Of a stretch of 64,000 nt of DNA, positions 53,600-64,000 are shown in pieces. Position 1 is the first letter of the stretch; every line of letters starts with the position of its first letter. The notes below the pieces were generated by a model. The model was not told the DNA's origin, did not search any database, and saw nothing but the letters and a program-made list of their open reading frames with translations. The stretch is taken from positions 77,872,001 through 77,936,000 of the forward strand of contig OZ024744.1 in NCBI GenBank assembly GCA_964016885.1, given 5' to 3'. A program made the translations under genes and the position numbers. Origin of the DNA: Eledone cirrhosa (Eukaryota).

Positions 53600-56180
53600 C
53601 TGGGGTGAGATATAGTCTGTGGTGTGATATAGTCTGTGGCAATATATAGTTTTGGGTGAGATATATTCTGGGGTGAGATATAGTCTGTGGTGAGGTATAG
53701 TCTGTGGTAAGATATAGTCTGGGGTGAGATATAGTCTGGGGTGAGATATAGTCTGTGGTGAGATATAACCTGTGGTGAGATATAGTCTTTGGTGAGATAT
53801 AGTCTGTGGTGAGATATAGTCTGTAGTGAGATATAGTCTGTGGTGAGATATAGTCTGTGGTGAGATATAGTGTGGGGTGAGATATAGTCTGTTGTGAGAT
53901 ATAGTCTGTGCTGAGATATAGTCTGTAGTGAGATATAGTATGGGGTGAGATATAGTCTGTGGTTAGATATAGTATGGGGTGAGATATAGTCTGTAGTCAG
54001 ATATAGTCTGTGGTGAGATATAGTCTGGGGTGAGATATAGTCTATAGTGAGATATAGTCTGTGGTGAGATATAGTCTGGGGTGAGATATAGTCTGTGGTG
54101 AGATATAGTCTGTGGTGAGATATAGTCTGTTGTGAGATATAGTCTGTTGTGAAATATAGTCTGTGGTGAGATATAATCTATGGTGAGATTTAATCTGGGG
54201 TGAGATATATTCTGTAGTGAGATATAGTCTGTGGTGAGATATAGTCTGTGGTGAGATATAGACTGTGGTGAGATATAGTCAGTGGTGAGATATAGTCTGT
54301 AGTGAGATATAGTCTGTGGTGAGATATAGTCTGTGGTGAGATATAGTCTGTGGTAAGATATAATCTGTGGTGAGATATAGTCTGTGGTGAGATATAGTCT
54401 GTGGTGACATATAGTCTCTGGTGAGATATAGTCTGTAGTGAGATATAGTCTGTAATGAGATATAGTCTGTGGTGAGATATAGTCTGTGGTGATATATAGT
54501 CTGTGGTGAGATATAGTCTGTGGTGAGATATAGTCTGGGGTGAGATATAGTCTGTGATGAGATATAGTCTGGTGTGAGATATAGTCTGGAGTGAGATATA
54601 CTCTGTGGTGAGAGATTGTCTGGGGTGAGATATAGTTTGGGGTGAGCTATAGTCTGTGGTGAGATACAGTCTGTGGTGAGATATAGTCTATGGTGAGTTA
54701 TAGTCTGTGGTGAGATATAGTCTGTGGTGAGTTATATTCTGGGTTTAGATATAGTCTATGGTGTGAAATAGCCTGGGGTGAGATATAGTTTCTGGTGAAA
54801 TATAGTCTATGGTGAGATATAGTCTGTGGTGAGATGTAGTCTGGGGTGAGATATAGTCTCAGGTGAGATAAAGTCTGTAGTGAGATATAGTCCGGGGTGA
54901 GATATTGTCTGGGGTGAGATATAGTGTGTGGTGTGATATAGTCTGTGGCAATATATAGTTTTGGGTGAGATATATTCTGGGGTGAGATATAGTCTGTGGT
55001 GAGGTATAGTCTGTGGTACGATATAGTCTGGGGTGAGATATAGTCTGGGGTGAGATATAGTCTGTGGTGAGATATAACCTGTGGTGAGATATAGTCTTTG
55101 GTGAGATATAGTCTGTGGTGAGATATAGTCTGTAGTGAGATATAGTCTGTGGTGAGATATAGTCTGTGGTGAGATATAGTGTGGGGTGAGATATAGTCTG
55201 TTGTGAGATATAGTCTGTGCTGAGATATAGTCTGTAGTGAGCTATAGTATGGGGTGAGATATAGTCTGTAGTCAGATATAGTCTGGGGTGAGATATAGTC
55301 TGTGGTTAGATATAGTATGGGGTGAGATATAGTCTGTAGTCAGATATAGTCTGTGGTGAGATATAGTCTGGGGTGAGATATATTCTATAGTGAGATATAG
55401 TCTGTGGTGAGATATAGTCTGGGGTGAGATATATTCTGTGGTGAGATATAGTCTGTGGTGAGATATAGTCTGTTGTGAGATATAGTCTGTTGTGAAATAT
55501 AGTCTGTGGTGAGATATAATCTATGGTGAGATATAATCTGGGGTGAGATATATTCTGTAGTGAGATATAGTCTGTGGTGAGATATAGTCTGTGGTGAGAT
55601 ATAGACTGTGGTGAGATATAGTCAGTGGTGAGATATAGTCTGTAGTGAGATATAGTCTGTGGTGAGATATAGTCTGTGGTGAGATATAGTCTGTGGTAAG
55701 ATATAATCTGTGGTGAGATATAGTCTGTGGTGAGATATAGTCTGTGGTGACATATAGTCTCTGGTGAGATATAGTCTGTAGTGAGATATAGTCTGTAATG
55801 AGATATAGTCTGTGGTGAGATATAGTCTGTGGTGATATATAGTCTGTGGTGAGATATAGTCTGTGGTGAGATATAGTCTGTGGTGAGATATAGTCTGTGA
55901 TGAGATATAGTCTGGTGTGAGATATAGTCTGGAGTGAGATATACTCTGTGGTGAGAGATTGTCTGGGGTGAGATATAGTTTGGGGTGAGCTATAGTCTGT
56001 GGTGAGATATAGTCTATGGTGAGATACAGTCTGTGGTGAGATATAGTCTATGGTGAGTTATAGTCTGTGGTGAGATATAGTCTGTGGTGAGTTATAGTCT
56101 GGGTTTAGATATAGTCTATGGTGTGAAATAGTCTGGGGTGAGATATAGTTTCTGGTTAAATATAGTCTATGGTGAGATTT
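53600..56180 (+). repeat. ~1.3-kb imperfect tandem duplication within the satellite
   Basis: ggcaatatatagttttggg occurs at ~53638 and ~54947 (offset 1309 = 77x17). gactgtggtgagatatagtcagtgg occurs at 54261 and 55604 (offset 1343 = 79x17). Boundaries are approximate. Confidence 0.75.
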
Positions 56181-56772
56181 AGTCTGTAGTGAGATATAAT
56201 CTATGGTGTGATATAGTCTGTGGTAAGATATAGTCTGCGCTGAGATATAGTCTGTAGTGAGATATAGTCTGGGGTGAGCTATAGTCTTTGGTGAGATATA
56301 GTCTGTAGTGAGATATAGTCTGTGGTGAGATATAGTCTTTGGTGATATATAGTCTGTAGTGTGATATAGTCTGTGTTGAGATATAGTCTGTAGTCAGATA
56401 TAGTCTGGGGTGAGATATAGTCTGGGGTGAGATATAGTCTGGGGTGAGATATAGTCTGTGGTGAGATATAGCCTGTGGTGAGATATAGTCTTGGTGAGAT
56501 ATAGTCTGTGGTGAGATATATTCTGTGGTGAGATATAGTCTGTAGTGAGATATAGTCTGTGGTGAGTTATAGTCTGGAGTGAGATATACACTGTGGTGAG
56601 ATATAGTCATTGGTGAGATATAGTCTGGGGAGAGATATAGTCTATGGTGTGATAGAGTCTGTGGTGAGATATAGTCTTGGTGAGATATAGTCTGTGGTGA
56701 GATATATTCTGTGGTGAGATATAGTCTGTAGTGAGATATAGTCTGGGGTGATATATAGTCTATGGTGAGATA

Positions 56773-57408
56773 TACTCCCTCCACAACACTGACATCAAAA
56801 AGTCCTCTTGTGAACGTGACCTGGGCATTACTGTCAGCAACGATTTGCGTTGGACAAAGGATGTCTCTAAGATTGTCAAGAAGGCCGAGTGTGTCTTGGC
56901 ATCACTCAGCAAGACCTTTGTTAGCCGCTCTCCAGCCATCTATTTAAAACTGTATACAGCTATGGTGCGACCACACTTGGAATTCGCATCATCAGTCTGG
57001 AACCCCTATCTTGCTCGGAACATTGACCTCCTGGAAACTGTTCAGAGACGTGCAACCAAGCGCATACCCTCCATCAGACACCTACCATTCTCTGAACGCC
57101 TTGCTTCCCTGGGCATGGATTCATTGAAGCTCCGACGTCTGGCAATGGACTTGGTGAATACCCACAAAGTTTTTAACCATCTCGCCAACTGCAACCCTGA
57201 GCGCCTCTTTGATCTCCATGTGTCTAACACACGTGGACATGCCTACAAGATAAGAAAACAGCACAGCTCCCATGACTTTCGCAGACATTTGTTCACGCTC
57301 AGAGTTGCTGAAGCATGGAACAAACTGCCTGCGTCAATTGTTAGCTGCCGAGACACTGCATCCTTTAAGACACTCATGCTTCCCAAAATACGCCAAAACT
57401 ACACCTGA
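56773..57408 (+). pseudogene. LINE ORF2 C-terminal fragment, 211 codons, frame open, no true start
   Basis: Reads YSLHNTDIKKSSCERDLGITVSNDLRWTK...LYTAMVRPHLEFASSVWNPY...LLETVQRRATKRIP...ERLASLG...TRGH...RVAEAWNKLP...NYT*. These are post-RT motifs typical of CR1-clade ORF2 (ORF track 56845..57408 is in the same frame). Confidence 0.93.
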
Positions 57409-57441
57409 TGTAACCCTTCCATACACATGCACACATGTGTG

Positions 57442-57689
57442 TATCATGACTCGTGCACTGTTCATTTTACTGATGTTTGTGCATTGCCCTACGTACTGTA
57501 CATGCACTTTTTTGATGAGTTGTGGTGCAGCTGGGCACTGTGCACAATATTTCGTTATTGTTATTATATCATGACTCATACACTGTTTATTTTCCTGACA
57601 TTTGTACATTATTCTATGTACTATACATGCACCTTTGATGAGTTGTAGTGCACCTGAGCACTGTACACAATAATTTCATTATTATTATT
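57442..57689 (+). repeat. Diverged ~125-bp tandem duplication of the terminal module in the LINE 3'UTR
   Basis: tatcatgactc starts at both 57442 and 57567. Each copy continues through ...catgcac..ttgatgagttgt(g/a)gtgca(g/c)ctg(g/a)gcactgt(g/a)cacaata..ttc..tatt. Confidence 0.85.
57644..57665 (+). promoter_or_regulatory. Putative LINE 3'-end RNA stem-loop (candidate RT recognition signal) just upstream of the (ATT)n tail
   Basis: tgtAGTGC-acctga-GCACTgta can pair, with two G-U pairs at the base. The AGTGC/GCACT stem is also present in all 353-bp copies (e.g. 14564-14579). The function is inferred from the 3' stem-loops known in CR1/L2-group LINEs. Confidence 0.55.
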
Positions 57690-60600
57690 ATATAGTCTGT
57701 GGTCAGATTTAGTCTGTTGTGAGATATAGTCTATGGTGTGATATAGTCTGGGGTGAGATATAGTTTGTGGTGAGATATAGTCTGTAGTGAGATATAGTCT
57801 ATGGTGAGATATAGTCTGGGGTGAGATATAGTCTGTGGTAAGATATAGTTTGGGGTGAGATATATTCTGGGGTGAGATATAGTCGGTGGTGAGATATAGT
57901 CTGTGGTGAGATATAGTCTGTAGTCAGATATAGTCTGGGGTGAGTTATAGTCTGGTCTGAGATATAGTTTGTGGTGAGATATAGTCTGTAGTGAGATATA
58001 GTCTTTGGTGAGGTATAGTCTGTGGTAAGATATAGTTTGGTCTGAGATATATTCTGGGGTGAGATATAGTTGGTGGTGAGATATAGTCTGTGGTGAGATA
58101 TAGTCTATGGTGAGATATAGTTTATGGTGAGATATAGTCTGTAGTGAGATATAGTCTATGGTGAGATATAGTCTGGGGTGAGATATAGTCTGGGGTGAGA
58201 TATAGTCTGTGCTGAGATATAGTCTGTGGTGAGATATAGTCTGTGGTGAGATATAGTCTGTAGTGAGATATAGTCTGAAGTGAGATATAGTCTGGGGTGA
58301 GATATAGTCTGTGGTGAGATATAGTCTGTGGTGAGATGTAGTCTGGGGTGAGATATAGTCTCAGTTGAGATAAAGTCTGTAGTGAGATATAGTCTGGGGT
58401 GAGATATTGTCTGGGGTGAGATATAGTCTGTGGTGTGATATAGTCTGTGGCAATATATAGTTTTGGGTACGATATATTCTGGGGTGAGATATAGTCTGTG
58501 GTGAGGTATAGTCTGTGGTAAGATATAGTCTGGGGTGAGATATAGTCTGTGGTGAGATATAACCTGTGGTGAGATATAGTCTTTGGTGAGATATAGTCTG
58601 TGGTGAGATATAGTCTGTAGTGAGATATAGTCTGAGGCGAGATATACTTTCGGGTGATATATAGTCTGGGGTGAGATATAGTCTGTTGTGAGATATAGTC
58701 TGTGGTGAGATATATTCTGTGCTGAGATATAGTCTGTATTGAGATATAGTCTTTGGTGAGATATAGTGTGGGGTGATATATAGTCTGTGGTGAGATATAG
58801 TCTGTGGTGAGATATAGTCTGTAATGAGATATAGTCTTTGGTGAGATATAGTGTGGGGTGAGATATAGTCTGTGGTGAGATATAGTCTGTAGTGAGATAT
58901 AGTCTGTGGTGAAATATAGTCTGTGGTGAGATATAGACTGTGGTGAGATATAGTCAGTGGTGAGATATAGTCTGTAGTGAGATATAGTCTGTGGTGAGAT
59001 ATAGTCTGTGGTGAGATATAGTCTGGGGTAAGATATAATCTGTGGTGAGATATAGTCTGTGGTGAGATATAGTCTTTCGTGAGATATAGTCTGTGGTGAG
59101 ATATAGTCTGTAGTGAGATATAGTCTGAGGCGAGATATACTTTCGGGTGATATATAGTCTGGGGTGAGACATAGTCTGTTGTGAGATATAGTCTATGGTG
59201 AGATATATTCTGTGGTGAGATATAGTCTGTATTGAGATATAGTCTGTGGTGAGATATAGTGTGGGGTGAGGTATATTCTGTGGTGAGATATAGTCTGGGG
59301 TGAGATATAGTCTGTTGTGAGATATAGTCTGTGCTGAGATATAGTCTGTAGTGAGATATAGTATGGGGTGAGATATAGTCTGTAGTCAGATATAGTCTGG
59401 GGTGAGATATAGTCTGGGGTGAGATATAGTCTGTTGTGAGATATAGTCTTTGGTGAGATATTGTCTGGGGTGAGATATAGTCTGTGGTGAGATATATTCT
59501 GTGGTGAGATATAGTCTGTAGTGAGATATAGTCTGGGGTGAGATATAGTCTGTAGTGAGATATAGTCTACGGTGAGATATAGTCTGTGGTCAGATTTAGT
59601 CTGTTATGAGATATAGTCTATGGTGTGATATAGTCTGGGGTGAGATATAGTCTGTCGTGAGATATAGTCTGTAGTGAGATATAGTCTTTGGTGAGGTATA
59701 GTCTGTGGTAAGATATAGTTTGGGCTGAGATATATTCTGGGGTGAGATATAGTCGGTGGTGAGATATAGTTTGTGGTGAGATATAGTCTGTAGTGAGATA
59801 TAGTCTGTAGTGAGATATAGTCTGTGGTGAGATATAGTCTGGGATGATATGTAGTCTGTGGGGAGATATAGTCTGTGGTGAGATATGGTCTGAGGTGAGA
59901 TATAGTCTGTGGTGAGATATAGTCTGTTATGAGATATAGTCTGGAGTGAGATATAGTCTCTGGTGTGATATAGTCTGTGGCAATATATAGTCTGGGGTGC
60001 GATATAGTCTGGGGTGAGATATAGCCTGTGCTGATGTATAATCTCTGGTAAGATATAGTCTGGGATAAGATATAGTCTGTAGTGAGATATAGTCTGGGAT
60101 GTGATATAGTCTGTAAGGAGATATAGTCTATGGTGAGATATAGTCTGTGGTGAGAAATAGTCTGTAGTGAGTTATAGTCTGTAGTGAGATATAGTCTGAG
60201 GCGAGATAAACTTTCGGGTGATATATAGTCTGTTGTGACATATAGTGTGTGGTGAGATATAGTCTGGGGTGAGATATAGTCTGTGGTGAGATATAGTCTG
60301 TTGTGAGATATAGTCTGTGGTGAGATATAGTCTGGGTGAGATATAGTCTGGGGTGAGATATAGTCTGATTTGAGATATAGTCTGGGGTGAGATATAGTCT
60401 GTGGTGAAATATAGTGTGTATTGACATATAGTGTGTGGTGAGATATATTCTGAGGTGAGATATAGTCTGTGGTGAGATATAATCTGTTGTGAGATATAGT
60501 CTGTGGTGAGATATAGTCTACAGTGAAATATAGTCTGGGGTGAGATATCATCTGTGGTGAGATATAGTCTGTGGTCAGATATAGTCTGTGGTGAGATATA

Positions 60601-63600
60601 GTCTGAGGGGTGATATACTCTGTTGTGAGATATAGTCTGGTGTGAGATATAGTCTGGGGTGAGATATAGTCTGTGGTGAGATATAGTCTGGGGTGAGATA
60701 TAGTATGGGGTGAGATATAGTCTGTGGTGAGATATAGTCTGTGGTGAGATATAGTCTGTGCTGAGCTATAGTCTGTAGTGAGATATAGTATGGGGTGAGA
60801 TATAGTCTGTAGTCAGATATAGTCTGGGGTGAGATATAGTCTGTGGTGAGATAAAGTCTGGGGTGAGATAGAGTCTATTGTGAGATATAGTGTGGGGCGA
60901 GATGTAGTCTGTGGTCAGATATAGTCTATGGTGATATATAGTCTGTAGTGAGATATAGTCTGTAGTGAGATATAGTCTGGGGTGAGATATAGTCTGTGGT
61001 GAGATATAGTCTGGAGTGAGATATAGTCTATGCTGAGAGATAGTCTAAGGTGAGATATAGTCTGGGGTGATATATAGTCTGGAATGAGATATAGTCTGTG
61101 GTGAGATATAGTCTGTTGTGAGATTTAGTCTGTGGTGAGATATAGTCTATGGTGAAATATAGCCTGTGGTGAGATATAGTCTGTGGCGAGATATATTCTG
61201 TGGTGATATATAGTCTGAGGTGAGATATAGTCTGGGGTGATATATAGTCTGGGATGAGATATAGTCTGTGGGGAGATATAGTCTATGGTGAGATATAGTC
61301 TGTGGTGAGATATAGTCTGGGGTGAGATATAGTCTGATGTGAGATATAGTCTGGGGTGAGATATAGTCTGTCGTGAGATATAGTCTGTTGTGACATATAG
61401 TGTGTCGTGAGATATAGTCTGGGGTGAGATATAGTCTGTGGTGAGATATAGTCTGTGGTGAGATATAGTCTGGGGTGAGATATAGTCTGGGGTGAGATAT
61501 AGTCTGATGTGAGATATAGTCTGGGGTGAGATATAGTCTGTGGTGAGATATAGTCTGGGGTGAGATATAGTCTGGGGTGAGATATAGTCTGTTGTGAGAT
61601 ATAGTCTGTGGTGAGATATAGTCTGGGGTGAGATATAGTCTGGGGTGAGATATAGTCTGGGGTGAGATATAGTCTGATGTGAGATATAGTCTGGGGTGAG
61701 ATATAGTCTGATGTGAGATATAGTCTGGGGTGAGATATAGTCTGGGGTGAGATATAGTCTGTTGTGAGATATAGTCTGTGGTGAGATATAGTCTGGGGTG
61801 AGATATAGTCTGGGGTGAGATATAGTCTGATGTGAGATATAGTCTGGGGTGAGATATAGTCTGTAGTGAGATATAGTCTATTGTGGCATATAGTCTGTGG
61901 TAGGATATAGTCTGGGGTGAGATATAGTCTGGGGTGAGATATAGTCTCTGGTGAGATATTACCTGTGGTGAGATATAGTCTGTGCTGAGATATAGTCTGT
62001 AGTGAGATATAGTTTGAGGCGAGATACAGTTTGGGGTGATATATAGTCTGAGGTGAGATATAGTCTGTTGTGAGATATAGTCTATGGTGAGATATATTCT
62101 GTAGTCAGATATAGTCTGGGCTGAGATATAGTCTGGGCTGAGATATAGTTTGTAGTGAGATCTAGTCTGTGGTGAGATATAGTCTGGGGTGAGATATAGT
62201 CTGTGGTGAGATATAATCTATGGTGAGATATAGTCTGTGGTGAGATATAGTCTGTAGTGAGATATAGTCTGTGGTGAGATATAGTCTGTGGTGAGATATA
62301 GACTGTGGTGAGATATAGTCAGTGGTGAGATATAGTCTGTAGTGAGATATAGTCTGTGGTGAGATATAGTCTGTGGTGAGATATAGTCTGGGGTGAGATA
62401 TAGTCTGTGGTGAGATATAGTATGTGGTGAGATATAGTCTGTTGTGACATATAGTCTGTGGTGAGATATAGTCTATAGTGAGATATAGTGTGTAGTGAGA
62501 TATAGTCTGTAGTGAGATATAGTCTGTGGTGATATATAGTGTCTGGTGAGATATAGTCTGGGGTGAATTATAGTCTGTGGTGAGATATAGTCTGTGGTGA
62601 GATATAGTCTGGGGTGAGATATAGTCTGTGATGAGATATAGTCTGGTGTGAGATATAGCCTGTGGTGAGCTATAGTCTGAGGTGAGATATAGTCTATGGT
62701 GAGATACAGTCTGTGGTGAGATATAGTCTATGGTGAGTTATAGTCTGTGGTGAGATATAGTCTGTGGTGAGATATAGTCTGGGTTTAGATATAGTCTATG
62801 GTGTGAAATAGTCTGGGATGAGATATAGTTTCTGGTGAAATATAGTCTATGGTGAGATTTAGTCTGTAGTGAGATATAATCTATGGTGTGATACAGTCTG
62901 TGGTAAGATATAGTCTGGGCTGAGATATAGTCTGTAGTGAGATATAGTCTGTGGTGAGATATAGTCTGTAGTGAGTTATAGTCTGTTGTGCGATATAGTC
63001 TGTGGTGAGATATAGTCTGTGGTGAGATATAGTCTGTAGACAGATATAGTCTGGGCTGAGATATAGTCTGGGGTGAGATATAGTCTGGGGTGAGATATAG
63101 TCTGTGGTGAGATATAGCCTGTGTTGAGATATACTCTGTGGTGAGATATAGTCTGTGGTAAGATATAGTCTATGGTGTGATAGAGTCTGTGGTGAGATAT
63201 AATCTTTGGTGAGATATAGTCTGTGGTGAGATATAGTCTGGGGTGAGATATAGTCTGTGGTGAGATATATTCTGTGGTGAGATATAGTCTGTAGTGAGAT
63301 ATAGTCTGTTGTGAGATATAGTCTATGGTGTGATATAGTCTGGGGTGAGATATAGTTTGTGGTGAGATATAGTCTGTAGTGAGATATAATCTGTGGTGAG
63401 ATATAGTCTGTAGTGAGTTATAGTCTGTTGTGAGATATAGTCTGTGGTGAGATATAGTCTGTGGTGAGATATAGTTTGTAGTCAGATATAGTCTGGGGTG
63501 AGATATAGTCTGGGGTGAGATATAGTCTGGGGTGAGATATAGTCTGTGGTGAGATATAGCCTGTGGTGAGATATACTCTGTGGTGAGATATAGTCTGTGG

Positions 63601-64000
63601 TGAGATATAGTCTATGGTGTGATAGAGTCTGTGGTGAGATATAGTCTTTGGTGAGATATAGTCTGTGGTGAGATATAGTCTGGGGTGAGATATAGTCTGT
63701 GGTGAGATATATTCTGTGGTGAGATATAGTCTGTAGTGAGATATAGTCTGTTGTGAGATATTGTCTATGGTGTGATATAGTCTGGGGTGAGATATAGTTT
63801 GTGGTGAGATATAGTCTGTAGTGAGATATAGTCTGTGGTGAGATAAAGTCCGTGGTAAGATATAGTCTGTAGTGAGATATAGTCTGTAGTGAGATATAGT
63901 CTGTGGTGAGATATAGTCTGGGGTGAGGTATAGTCTTTGGTGAGGTATAGTCTGTGGTAACATATAGTCTGGGCTGAGATATATTCTGGCGTGAGATATA

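Larger units (their letters stand above)
56773..57689 (+). mobile_element. 5'-truncated CR1-like LINE, ~915 bp: ORF2 C-terminus, 3'UTR and (ATT)4 tail, with a possible ATATA target-site duplication
   Basis: Left junction gtgagatata|ctccctccac; right junction ttcattattattatt|atatagtctgtgg. Single copy in this window, related to but distinct from the 353-bp copies. Confidence 0.95.
1258..64000 (+). repeat. 17-bp tandem satellite, consensus GAGATATAGTCTGTGGT, roughly 3400 monomers, interrupted only by LINE fragments
   Basis: Directly visible. The core GAGATATAGTCT is followed by a variable pentamer (GTGGT, GGGGT, GTAGT, GTTGT, ATGGT and others). Rare 16-, 18- and 19-bp monomers occur. Orientation is the same throughout and the array runs off the right edge. 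The monomer count is approximate (satellite length divided by 17). Confidence 0.99.

Noticed and set aside
56762-57648. Short ORFs 56762..56947, 57042..57230, 57272..57574, 57334..57609 and 57427..57648
   Set aside because: They are alternative-frame, antisense or 3'UTR readings of the LINE fragment with no recognisable motifs.
1425-63963. Dozens of minus-strand ORFs encoding ISPQTISHHRLYLTTDY repeats as real genes
   Set aside because: They follow automatically from a stop-free 17-bp monomer. They overlap in several frames, and their starts and stops come from sporadic monomer variants.
1258-64000. CRISPR-like repeat-spacer array (constant 12-mer plus variable 5-mer, or constant 353-bp element plus long spacers)
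   Set aside because: The variable parts are point variants of one consensus rather than unique spacers. There are no cas genes or leader, and the context is eukaryotic LINE/satellite DNA.
1258-64000. Telomerase-made telomeric repeat, or CENP-B box (also 17 bp)
   Set aside because: There is no TTAGGG/TTAGG-type unit, and the variants are inherited in kb-scale blocks rather than templated uniformly. The monomer lacks the TTCG...CGGG CENP-B box residues, so the length match is coincidental.

Overview
This is eukaryotic (probably animal) repetitive DNA, and I see no host gene in it. Over 90% of the window (~1258-64000) is one tandem satellite with a 17-bp monomer, consensus GAGATATAGTCTGTGGT, all in one orientation. 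The only non-satellite sequence belongs to a CR1-like non-LTR retrotransposon (LINE). (i) A 5'-truncated ORF2/reverse-transcriptase fragment lies on the minus strand at 1-~1258 and runs off the window. (ii) Eleven near-identical 353-bp 3'-end fragments are spaced every 3.5-4.0 kb between 14258 and 51538; they look like one insertion amplified with its flanking satellite as a higher-order repeat, which is itself grouped into ~10.8-kb triplets. (iii) An independent ~915-bp 3' fragment of a related subfamily lies at 56773-57689. All three independent insertions join the satellite at the same ATATA position of the monomer, which sits in a quasi-palindromic core. The many 'ISPQTISHHRLYLTTDY' ORFs arise because the minus strand of the monomer has no stop codon, and I do not call them genes. 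Coordinates were counted by eye or taken from the ORF track, and junctions are ambiguous by a few bases because of microhomology. No database search was run.
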